Positions 28,452-36,978 of a stretch of 64,000 nucleotides of DNA are shown one piece after another. The notes under the pieces were generated by a model. That model was not told the DNA's origin. It saw nothing but the letters and a program-made list of their open reading frames with translations, and did not search any database. Positions within the stretch are counted from its first letter, which is position 1. Each line of letters starts with the position of its first letter. The position numbers and the translations under genes were made by a program. The stretch comes from a bacterium (GTDB lineage: Bacteria; Patescibacteriota; Minisyncoccia; Phycocordibacterales; CAIRYW01), in contig JAYTUJ010000030.1 of NCBI GenBank assembly GCA_043744615.1, positions 1,329 through 65,328 on the forward strand, given 5' to 3'.

Positions 28452-29981
28452 CTATCGAGCAAATTCAATTGAACGACTTTCCCTTACAACCATTACTCTA
28501 ATTTCTCCTGGATATTTTAGTTCATTTTCTACTCGTAATACAATATTTCGAGCCATTTCTCGAGCTTCTACATCAGAAACTTTTTCTGGATACACGAATA
28601 CTCTAATTTCTCGTCCAGCTTGTAATGCGTATGATTTTTCAACACCTGGAAATGAATTAGAAATTGCTTCGAGTTCTTGTAATCGTTTAATATAGTTTTC
28701 GATGTTGTCGTGTCGTGCACCTGGTCGTCCACCTGATATTGCATCTGCTGTTTGAACAATACGTGATTCAACAGTTTCGTATGGATATTCTTCATGATGT
28801 GCTCGCATTGCTTTGATGACATCAAGACTCACATTAAATTTTTCAAGAATTCGAATACCAATTTCTACGTGAGTTCCTTGAACTTCATGATCAAGAGCTT
28901 TTCCAATATCGTGTAACAATGCTCCTGCTTTAGAGACTTGTACATTTGCCCCAATTTCTTGTGCAATCATTCCTGCAATGTGTGCCATCTCGATTGAATG
29001 TTGCAAAACGTTTTGTCCATAACTTGTTCTAAAGTGTAATCGTCCAACGATAATAAGTAGGCGAGGATCAAGATTATAAACTCCTGCTTCAAATGCGGCT
29101 TGTTCACCCTTTTCTTTTATAATTTTATTTATTTCTTCTTTTGCCTTTTCAACTTCTTTTTCAATTTTTACTGGTTGAACTCGTCCATCTAAAATAAGAT
29201 TTTCAAGTGCAACTCGTGCAATTTGTCGTCGCACAGGGTCAAATGAAGAAATCGTAATTGTTCCTGGGGTATCGTCAACAATTACTTCTACACCGGTTTC
29301 ACGTTCAAAAGCTTTGATATTTCGGCCTTCTTTTCCGATAATCTTTCCTTTTATTTCATCAGAAGGGATACTCACTGTTGTTGTAAATACATCGTGAGAA
29401 ACCGAAGAAGCTAGTCGTTGAATAGATGTGGCAAGGATTTCCTTCGCTTTGCCCTCAAGGGTGTCATGATTAAACGTTTCGAGTTTTTTAATTCGAACCA
29501 TCAAATCTTCTTCCGAATCAACTTCTATTTTTTTAAATAACTCTTCTTTTGCTGCCTCTGTTGAAAGTTTAGCGATACGCTCAAGCTCTGCCTTTTTACT
29601 TGCTTCGTATTTTTCTGCACGTTCTTTTATCTCACGAATTTCATTCGCTTTATTTTTTAAGCTTTCTACTTCTTTATCAATATCGATTTGCCGATTATCA
29701 AGAAGTTCTTCTTTTTTGATAAGTCGATCCTCACTTTTTTTTATTTGTTCTTCTTTTTCTTTTATCTCTTCTCGTACACCTTTAAGTGTTGACGCAGCCT
29801 CTTCCTCGGCTTCAAGGGTTATCTTTTTGGCCTCTTCCTTAGCCTTGAGCATAAGATCTTTAATATCATGCTCTATTGAATCTTTCTTGCTGATTGCAAG
29901 CATGATTCGAATCATATAGCCAAGTCCGATACCTACGACTCCTGCGATAGCAATCAGGAGAAACGCGGTTGTTGTTGACAT
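28452..29981 (-). CDS. rny: Ribonuclease Y
   Basis: N-terminal TM, coiled coil, KH domain (IIGKEGRNI), HD domain (LLHDIGKA), C-terminal AGREIRV. Confidence 0.95.
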   Translation of the reverse strand: MSTTTAFLLIAIAGVVGIGLGYMIRIMLAISKKDSIEHDIKDLMLKAKEEAKKITLEAEEEAASTLKGVREEIKEKEEQIKKSEDRLIKKEELLDNRQIDIDKEVESLKNKANEIREIKERAEKYEASKKAELERIAKLSTEAAKEELFKKIEVDSEEDLMVRIKKLETFNHDTLEGKAKEILATSIQRLASSVSHDVFTTTVSIPSDEIKGKIIGKEGRNIKAFERETGVEVIVDDTPGTITISSFDPVRRQIARVALENLILDGRVQPVKIEKEVEKAKEEINKIIKEKGEQAAFEAGVYNLDPRLLIIVGRLHFRTSYGQNVLQHSIEMAHIAGMIAQEIGANVQVSKAGALLHDIGKALDHEVQGTHVEIGIRILEKFNVSLDVIKAMRAHHEEYPYETVESRIVQTADAISGGRPGARHDNIENYIKRLQELEAISNSFPGVEKSYALQAGREIRVFVYPEKVSDVEAREMARNIVLRVENELKYPGEIRVMVVRESRSIEFAR

Positions 29982-30153
29982 GTGTTTTGCTCCGCACCCT
30001 ATTTTTCTAAAGGTATTTCAAGGATTTAACAGTAAAAATGGTTTTCGTTCGGAATTAAATGTACAGGCTAAAAAGGAAAGTGCGAAAAATTAATTTCTAA
30101 CACATTTACAATACTAGATAAAAGAGAAAATGTCTATACGAGTTGTACGATGT

Positions 30154-30726
30154 TTAGAGAACTTTGTCTATAACCCCGTATTTCTTGGCTTCGTCGGCTG
30201 ACATAAAAAAGTCTCGTTCGACGTCTTTTTGTATCTTTGCAAGTGGCTGCCCAGAGTTTTTTGCCAGTATTTTATTTAGGTTTTCTCGGGTTTTTAGGAT
30301 TTGCTTAGCGGTAATTTCAATATCTGTTGCTTGTCCTTGAGCTCCACCTGAAGGTTGGTGAATCATGATTTCAGAGTTTGGAAGTGAGTATCGTTTTCCT
30401 TTTGCTCCGGCTGACAAAATAATAGCGGCGCCTGAAGCAGCAATACCAACGCAGATTGTAGAAACATCCGGTTTAATATGGTTCATAGTGTCGAGCATTG
30501 CTAATGTTGAAGTTACTTGTCCTCCTGGTGAGTTGATATAAAGAGAGATATCTTTTTTAGGATCTTCTGATTGTAAAAAAAGAAGCTGTGCAATAACAAT
30601 ATTTGCAACATCGTCATCGATAGGGCCTCCAAGGAAAATAATTCGTTCTCGAAGCAATCGCGAGTATATGTCATAAGCTCGTTCTCCAAATTGTGATTTT
30701 TCTATTACGGTTGGGATTAACATCAT
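30154..30726 (-). CDS. clpP: ATP-dependent Clp protease proteolytic subunit
   Basis: [30 protein letters not shown] motifs. Confidence 0.97.
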   Translation of the reverse strand: MMLIPTVIEKSQFGERAYDIYSRLLRERIIFLGGPIDDDVANIVIAQLLFLQSEDPKKDISLYINSPGGQVTSTLAMLDTMNHIKPDVSTICVGIAASGAAIILSAGAKGKRYSLPNSEIMIHQPSGGAQGQATDIEITAKQILKTRENLNKILAKNSGQPLAKIQKDVERDFFMSADEAKKYGVIDKVL

Positions 30727-30772
30727 TTTAGTATGGGTTATATTTAGTATGAAGTTATATTACAATACTGTT

Positions 30773-31504
30773 ATGCGTTTGCATAGATTTCTTATAGAAC
30801 CACAAATTACTGACATTTCAACAACATCACATGTTGTTATTAAAGACAGTGATCTTATTCATCAATTGTTGCATGTATTTCGTTATGAAGCGGGCACAGA
30901 GTTGATTATTTTTAATGGAAATGGAATCGATTATTCTGCGGTTATTGAAAGTATTGATAAAAAATCTGTAACAATAAATATCGTTTCTCAAAAAGCGAGT
31001 CAATATATTGGTAAAAGTTATATTTCATTATTTCAATCAATTACAAAATCTTCAACCTTTGATACGATTGTTGAAAAGGCAACAGAGCTTGGGGTTGGAA
31101 ATATTATTCCAATAATTTCTGAACGATCAGAACGAAAAGATATAAACAGTGAGCGCTTAAATAAAATTATTAAAGAAGCGATTGAGCAATCAGGAAGAGG
31201 GGACACTGTTACACTCCAACAACCTGTAAAGTTATTTTCATTTAATAAAGATCCTCAAGATGTTTTTGTTTTCGATATGACCGGTCAACCAATAACAAGT
31301 ATGGGAAATCTTCTTGAAATTACAAATAAAAAAGACCAATCAAAAGAAATTTCAATTTTGATTGGTCCAGAAGGGGGTTGGTCACCAGCAGAAATCTCTT
31401 GGTTTACCGAAAAGAAATTTAAAATAATTTCTTTTAATACTCCAGTTCTTCGAGCGGAAACAGCCGCTGTTTCCGCATTAGCTTTACTGCTCTGCACCCA
31501 ATAA
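30773..31504 (+). CDS. rsmE: 16S rRNA m3U1498 methyltransferase
   Basis: EKATELGV, EAIEQSGR, IGPEGGW, LRAETAA motifs. Confidence 0.92.
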   Translation: MRLHRFLIEPQITDISTTSHVVIKDSDLIHQLLHVFRYEAGTELIIFNGNGIDYSAVIESIDKKSVTINIVSQKASQYIGKSYISLFQSITKSSTFDTIVEKATELGVGNIIPIISERSERKDINSERLNKIIKEAIEQSGRGDTVTLQQPVKLFSFNKDPQDVFVFDMTGQPITSMGNLLEITNKKDQSKEISILIGPEGGWSPAEISWFTEKKFKIISFNTPVLRAETAAVSALALLLCTQ

Positions 31505-31505
31505 T

Positions 31506-32534
31506 TTAGTTTAAAGCTTCGAGATACTGAAATACTTTTTCATTTGTAAGCATCTCTGCAACATATAATGTTGCTCGAACAATATCTGTCTCAGGATAAT
31601 GTTCTTTAATATGACCAAGTTCTTTTTCAACTTCTTCTTTTGTCGGTTCTATTTTTTCTTGTTGTGCAATTTCGTGTAAAGAAAGTTGGATTTTAACTCG
31701 TTTTATAGCATCTTTGTGCCATTCTACCCGCATATCTTCTACAGTTTTATTAATATTTTTCAGGTAGTCTTCAACTTTTAATCCCATTCGTTCTATTTGT
31801 CTGCCAAAATCAGAAACCATTCTATCGAGTTCACTTTCAATAAGAATAGAAGGTACTGCAATATCAACTTTTTCTACAAGAGCATCAACAAGTTCTTGTC
31901 GTCTTTTTTCTCGAGCTTTAATTTCTTTTTCTTGAGTTAAACTTTTTTTAATTTGTACTTTAAAATCTTCAACATCGTTAAATTCTCCGAGGGTTGCTAC
32001 AAATTCATCATTTAATTCAGGAAGAACTTCTGTGTTTTCTGACTTAGCTTTTTCTTTTTGAAGTTGTTCAATAATATGAGCCACGTCTTCAGGTGTTACT
32101 TCAATAGATTCTTTTTTAACGTTGATTTTTGCAAGAACATCTTTGTATTCGCCAACAGTAACTTTGGGCATGATTGCAGTTTTGATTGTAACTTCGAGAG
32201 GGTTTCCCTTTGCTAATTTTTTAATTGTAATTGAAGGTCGTCCAATTGCATCAATATTTTTTTCTTTTACTATATCAGAATACAGTTCACTAATTGTTAT
32301 TTCAGCAGCTTCTTCGAGAATTGCATATTCACCAATTTTCTCAATAATCATTTTTTCAGGAACATGGCCTTTTCTAAATCCGTCAACGGAAACATGATGA
32401 CTAATTCTTTCAACCGCTTTTTTCCAATTTTTTTCAAGAGCAGAAGGTTCAATAGAAACTTCAATCTCTTTTTCTGAATCTGGTAAATCTGATAAAGATA
32501 CTACGTTATAAGGTTTTTTTGTTGTTTCTGTCAT
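31506..32534 (-). CDS. tig: Trigger factor lacking the FKBP PPIase domain
   Basis: GFRKGHVP ribosome-binding loop; the N-domain runs almost directly into LPELNDEF and the C-domain. Confidence 0.9.
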   Translation of the reverse strand: MTETTKKPYNVVSLSDLPDSEKEIEVSIEPSALEKNWKKAVERISHHVSVDGFRKGHVPEKMIIEKIGEYAILEEAAEITISELYSDIVKEKNIDAIGRPSITIKKLAKGNPLEVTIKTAIMPKVTVGEYKDVLAKINVKKESIEVTPEDVAHIIEQLQKEKAKSENTEVLPELNDEFVATLGEFNDVEDFKVQIKKSLTQEKEIKAREKRRQELVDALVEKVDIAVPSILIESELDRMVSDFGRQIERMGLKVEDYLKNINKTVEDMRVEWHKDAIKRVKIQLSLHEIAQQEKIEPTKEEVEKELGHIKEHYPETDIVRATLYVAEMLTNEKVFQYLEALN

Positions 32535-32581
32535 ATATTTTAAGTACAGAAACAATACATGATTTGCTTATAAAAGTAAAT

Positions 32582-32606
32582 AAAAACCCCGCCAAAGGCG
32601 GGGTTT
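32582..32606 (-). terminator. Intrinsic terminator
   Basis: AAAAACCCCGCC-AAA-GGCGGGGTTT. Confidence 0.75.
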
Positions 32607-32609
32607 ATT

Positions 32610-33128
32610 TTATTTCTTCCAATCAACAAGTTGGGCGATTAAATTTTCAACTCGTTTTAAGTAACTTTGATCAAGGATCATTCCTTTTTCATCAAATAAT
32701 TTTTCAATGTTAGAAAAATAAACAGCAAGAGGAATATTTACTAAACCATAATTAACTGCGATTTGCCGAAGTTGTTCTACTGCACGTACTCCTCCAAGAC
32801 CTCCTGAAGAAACTCCACAAAATGCAACAGGTTTTTTTGTGTACTCATCAAGCGCGGCATCTAATAATATTTTGAGTTCTCCAGGATATCCGTGATTGTA
32901 TTCTGGACTTACAATTATGAGTGCATCTGCTTTTGAAATGATTTCTCTATATGAATTTGTTTTTGGATTTGGTGTCCAAGGAGGAATCGTTGCTCCCCAC
33001 ATATAGTTTTTCACATCAATAAGTATTGTTTCGTGACCCGCTTTTTTTACTTCTTCAAAAACAAAATTTGCTGCTTTTTCTGAAAACCTCCCTTCTCGTG
33101 CTGTTCCTAAAATAACCGGAATAAACAT
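32610..33128 (-). CDS. NADPH-dependent FMN reductase
   Basis: ILGTAREGRFS, PEYNHGYPGELK, GG.RAVEQLR motifs. Confidence 0.9.
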   Translation of the reverse strand: MFIPVILGTAREGRFSEKAANFVFEEVKKAGHETILIDVKNYMWGATIPPWTPNPKTNSYREIISKADALIIVSPEYNHGYPGELKILLDAALDEYTKKPVAFCGVSSGGLGGVRAVEQLRQIAVNYGLVNIPLAVYFSNIEKLFDEKGMILDQSYLKRVENLIAQLVDWKK

Positions 33129-33130
33129 TA

Positions 33131-33412
33131 CTATTGAAGAGCTTGAAGTTCTGTATCGTTTGAAGCAAGGTCTTGATCGAGACCATTTAAGTCTGCACTC
33201 GCACTTGAGCTTGCTGTGATTTGTGTATCAGTAGATGTTGCTTTTGTAGGTTGAGGCGCAGTATTTTTTTGTTCCATGACTTTATTATCTTGGGTAGTAT
33301 AATTTATCTCTGAGTTTTTTCCAAAGAAATAAATTCCTCCACCAATTACCAAAAGAAGAAGTACAACTACCCCTACAATTGGACCTGTTGTTGATGTTTT
33401 CTGTGGTTCCAT
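33131..33412 (-). CDS. Small single-TM membrane protein
   Basis: GPIVGVVVLLLLVIGGGIYFF followed by a polar tail. Confidence 0.6.
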   Translation of the reverse strand: MEPQKTSTTGPIVGVVVLLLLVIGGGIYFFGKNSEINYTTQDNKVMEQKNTAPQPTKATSTDTQITASSSASADLNGLDQDLASNDTELQALQ

Positions 33413-33430
33413 AATGTGTGTATTATTTTA

Positions 33431-34180
33431 TTAATTTGTTACTGTCGAAGTTGTAGCAGATGTTGAAGCTGTCACTGAAGTTGAAACCTCAACTTTTTCT
33501 TTTGGCATAGATTCTCGAAGGGTTTTTACAACAAGTCTAAGGCTTTGACGTGCTTTTTCTATAAGAACTCGAATATCTTTTGCTGGAGTACTTGTTCCTG
33601 CCGCATTACTTGCTGTCTCTGCTGCACTGATTGCTACATCTGCATCAACAAGTTTTGTTTGAGCAGCTGAAACATTTACTTTTCCTTTTGCACTTACTTT
33701 ACTGATTACAAGAACAATTTTAGCTCGAAGTTCTTTTAGGTGTGCAATTCGTTCTGCAAAAATTTCTTTTTTCTTTGATTGAACTTCTTCTTTTCGTTGG
33801 TCTCTCATTTCACCAACTTTTTCTTTTTGGGTATTTTTTGAGTCTTCGATTTTCTTTCGATCCCCTTTAATTTCGTCTCTTTTTAATTTCTTTTCTTCTG
33901 CACTCATTGTAGTACTTGCACTCTTTATACTTTCTCGAGTTGTTTTGATGTCTTCTCGAATACCTTTTCTTTCAACTGTTCCTGAAGCCCTTACATTTTT
34001 TATTTCGTTTGCCGAAGTTTTTCTGATTACTTGAATATCTTTTCTAAGTTCTAGATGAGGTTTTGGGGCAGTAACGGTAGTATGTGTTTCAACTGTTGCA
34101 TCTTCAGCGTGTGCAACGAAAGCACAAGAAAGAACAGCTACAAAAGCAGTGGTTCCTAAATGTTTGTAAAACTTTTTCAT
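33431..34180 (-). CDS. Secreted coiled-coil protein
   Basis: Signal peptide (MKKFY...AHA) and K/E/R-rich helical body. Confidence 0.65.
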   Translation of the reverse strand: MKKFYKHLGTTAFVAVLSCAFVAHAEDATVETHTTVTAPKPHLELRKDIQVIRKTSANEIKNVRASGTVERKGIREDIKTTRESIKSASTTMSAEEKKLKRDEIKGDRKKIEDSKNTQKEKVGEMRDQRKEEVQSKKKEIFAERIAHLKELRAKIVLVISKVSAKGKVNVSAAQTKLVDADVAISAAETASNAAGTSTPAKDIRVLIEKARQSLRLVVKTLRESMPKEKVEVSTSVTASTSATTSTVTN

Positions 34181-34232
34181 AAATATTTTTTTAAATTTTA
34201 AATTACCCGATTGATAATAATATAAGTATATC

Positions 34233-34264
34233 AAAAAACACTCCACAATTGTGGAGTGTTTTTT
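34233..34264 (-). terminator. Intrinsic terminator after ppa
   Basis: Perfect palindrome AAAAAACACTCCAC-AATT-GTGGAGTGTTTTTT. Confidence 0.8.
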
Positions 34265-34285
34265 GATAACTATTTTGAATACAAG

Positions 34286-34810
34286 TTACTTTGTTTTTTG
34301 TTCGATATACATTTCACAACCTCGTTTAAACGCTGTGGTTGCAGCCTCTTTTCCTTCCCAGCTAAGAATTTTTACTTCTTTCTTTTGTATATTTTTATAT
34401 GTACTAAAGAAATGCTCGATCTCTTTTATTGTGTGTTTGTTAATGTCCTTTAGATCGTGAATATCTGCAAAGCGGGGATCTTCAACGGGTACTGCAATTA
34501 TTTTTGCATCTGATTCGCCAGCATCAATCATATTCATGATTGCAACTTCTCGAACCCGAACAAGAATTCCTGGAAACAGTGGATATGTTGTGAGTAAAAC
34601 TACATCAAGAGCATCGCCATCATCCCATAATGTTTGAGGTACAAAACCATAATCAAAAGGGTAGTCTTGTGAAGTATGCATTACTCGATCAAGAGCAATC
34701 AAACCCGTTTCTTTGTCGATTTCGTATTTATTTTTTGAACCTTTATTGATTTCAATAATGGTTGTGATGTTTCCACTTTCTCCTGGTTTTAGATCGTGTA
34801 AATAATTCAT
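34286..34810 (-). CDS. ppa: Inorganic pyrophosphatase (family I)
   Basis: EI.KGSKNKYE, YGFVPQT..DDGDALDV motifs. Confidence 0.95.
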   Translation of the reverse strand: MNYLHDLKPGESGNITTIIEINKGSKNKYEIDKETGLIALDRVMHTSQDYPFDYGFVPQTLWDDGDALDVVLLTTYPLFPGILVRVREVAIMNMIDAGESDAKIIAVPVEDPRFADIHDLKDINKHTIKEIEHFFSTYKNIQKKEVKILSWEGKEAATTAFKRGCEMYIEQKTK

Positions 34811-34813
34811 ATA

Positions 34814-36031
34814 TTATTCATTATTACTTGATTCAACTTCGGCAGTTGCAGTATTTGATGTTTCTGCTGGTTGCTCGATAATTTCTTCCACAACTTCTTC
34901 GTCAACAGTGTCATCTAAATTTTCTGAAGCCCCTTTAATTGATTTAATATCAATTCGTACTCCAGTTAATTTTGCAGCAAGTCGAACATTTTGTCCGCCT
35001 TTACCAATCGCAAGAGATTGTTGATCTTCGATAACAGTGACGTCCATTTTTTTCTCTGCTTCGTTCCAACTTACACTAACTACTTCTGCTGGAGATAAAG
35101 AATCTTGAACAAATTGATCAATACTTTCTGACCATTCGATAATATCAATTTTTTCTCCACCAAGCTCGCTCATTACTGTCGAAACTCGAACCCCTCGTTG
35201 TCCAACCATTGAACCAACTGGATCAATATGGCTATCTGTCGAAGAAACTGCGATTTTTGATCGTGATCCTGCTTCTCGTGCAATTGATTTAATAACAACG
35301 CTTCCTGATTTAATTTCGGGAACCTCTGCTTCAAATAATTTTGCAAGAAATTGTGGATGTGATCGTGAAAGTCGAACGAAAATTCCTCGAACACTTTCTT
35401 CTACTCGAGCAAGATATGCCCGAACTCGCTCACCTTGTTTAAGTCGTTCACCAGGAATTTGTTCTTCATATGGAAGTACTCCGATTGCTCGTCCCATATC
35501 AATGTATACACTTCCTCGTTCTTGTCGTTGAACCGTTCCAACGATAATTTCACCTTCTCGTTTGCCAAATTCATTCATTACAGAAACTTTTTCCGCTTCT
35601 CGAATTTTTTGGATAATAACTTGTTTTGCAGTTTGAGCAGCGATTCGGCCGTAATCTGTCTGTGTTTCAAGAGGAAAGACTACTTCTTCATCAAGTTTTG
35701 CGTCTTTTTTAATCATGCGAGCATCATCAAGCATAATGTGGTGTTCAGAACTAAATCGAACTCGTTCGTCGTTAGGATCTATACTTTCTTCCTCTCCTTC
35801 TTTCGAGATAATTACTCGTGATTCGTCAACAACAATTTTTACTTGAAAAAAGTCAGCTTTTCCAGAACTCAAGTCAAATGTTGCACGAATAATTTGTCCG
35901 CGTTTTCCGTATTCTTTTTTGTATGCAGTTGCAAGGGCAGATTCGATTGCCTCGATGATTCGTTCTCGGGGGATTCCACGTTCTTGTTCAAGTTGATCAA
36001 GAACAGAGTGTATTACTTTTAAGTCAAACAT
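34814..36031 (-). CDS. nusA: Transcription termination/antitermination factor NusA
   Basis: GRIAAQTAKQVI, S1 domain, AREAGSRSK, AIGKGGQNVRLA motifs. Confidence 0.97.
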   Translation of the reverse strand: MFDLKVIHSVLDQLEQERGIPRERIIEAIESALATAYKKEYGKRGQIIRATFDLSSGKADFFQVKIVVDESRVIISKEGEEESIDPNDERVRFSSEHHIMLDDARMIKKDAKLDEEVVFPLETQTDYGRIAAQTAKQVIIQKIREAEKVSVMNEFGKREGEIIVGTVQRQERGSVYIDMGRAIGVLPYEEQIPGERLKQGERVRAYLARVEESVRGIFVRLSRSHPQFLAKLFEAEVPEIKSGSVVIKSIAREAGSRSKIAVSSTDSHIDPVGSMVGQRGVRVSTVMSELGGEKIDIIEWSESIDQFVQDSLSPAEVVSVSWNEAEKKMDVTVIEDQQSLAIGKGGQNVRLAAKLTGVRIDIKSIKGASENLDDTVDEEVVEEIIEQPAETSNTATAEVESSNNE

Positions 36032-36048
36032 ATATTTGTTTTTTTATT

Positions 36049-36132
36049 GTGGCAGAATATTGCCACCTCTATTAAAAAAGTAAGCTCGCTCCCAGAAACT
36101 GAGGCGAACTTGACTTAAATAATATTATAGCA
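36049..36132 (-). promoter_or_regulatory. nusA promoter and attenuator-like leader
   Basis: Extended -10 TGCTATAAT (36124-36132), then hairpin AAGTTCGCCTCAG-TTT-CTGGGAGCGAGCTT with a U tract, and a second hairpin GTGGCA/TGCCAC. Confidence 0.6.
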
Positions 36133-36210
36133 TGAAAAAGGTTCGAGGGGCAAGGGAAAGGGTTTCCCCGTGTGGGTTATTTTTGAGAAATTATCACAGT
36201 GATAGGAGAT

Positions 36211-36263
36211 AAAAAAAGACCCTCACCTGACAGAAAGGCGGGGCCTGTTCTGTTGGGTGAGGG
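36211..36263 (-). terminator. Long hairpin terminator of the 36269-36673 gene
   Basis: CCCTCACCTGACAGAA...TTCTGTTGGGTGAGGG with a U tract on the minus strand. Confidence 0.65.
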
Positions 36264-36268
36264 AGGGA

Positions 36269-36673
36269 TTACTTACTTAACATCATACCTTTTTGCATTC
36301 GGGGGAACTCGATGACTACGTGGGTCGCCCCTGTCCCTAGGAGTTGTTCCGTTTGGGATACTATTAAAGGCCCCATTTTCTCTTCGTAATCTGTTTTTTT
36401 GAGGATGGGAAGGATTTTTTTCAGTGCTTCATCAAAGTCTGCTCTGATTTTTTTTATAGATTCCTCAGCACCTTTTTTTGGTATTCCCACGAAACTTATC
36501 GCAAGGTAAGGAATTGCTGGAGGAATGTCTCCGGGGTTATAGAAATATATAGTCGTGTTTTGTCGCTCGACCTCGGGTTCGACTGCTTTGATCGCAGCGA
36601 ACGAAGTAGTAGGGAAAGGGAGGAGTGCGAAGAGGGCGATGATGGTATGTAGTTTTTGAAGGAGCTTTTTCAT
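36269..36673 (-). CDS. Hypothetical exported protein (accessory)
   Basis: Signal peptide MKKLLQK...SFA; no family recognised. Confidence 0.55.
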   Translation of the reverse strand: MKKLLQKLHTIIALFALLPFPTTSFAAIKAVEPEVERQNTTIYFYNPGDIPPAIPYLAISFVGIPKKGAEESIKKIRADFDEALKKILPILKKTDYEEKMGPLIVSQTEQLLGTGATHVVIEFPRMQKGMMLSK

Positions 36674-36978
36674 TTTTTGTTTGTTTTTTGGTTTTAGACA
36701 CAGTATCAGGTAATACGAGTGTACAGCCTGAAGTCTGTGTCTAAATTACAATAATTAAAAACAACCCTAAAAAATTTCTTATAAAACTATACTTTAAAGT
36801 TCAGATTTGTCAAATAAAACGTTGATAGACTTTTTCATGACTTATTCTCACCAGCAACTGCATTTCTGATTCAAACAGATGAAATAGTTTTTTCTCTAAA
36901 ACAATTTTTTGAATTGCTTCAGGAGACAGTTGTTGATTAACGTATTTAATATGGCAAAAGTTTGATAGAATATATCTA

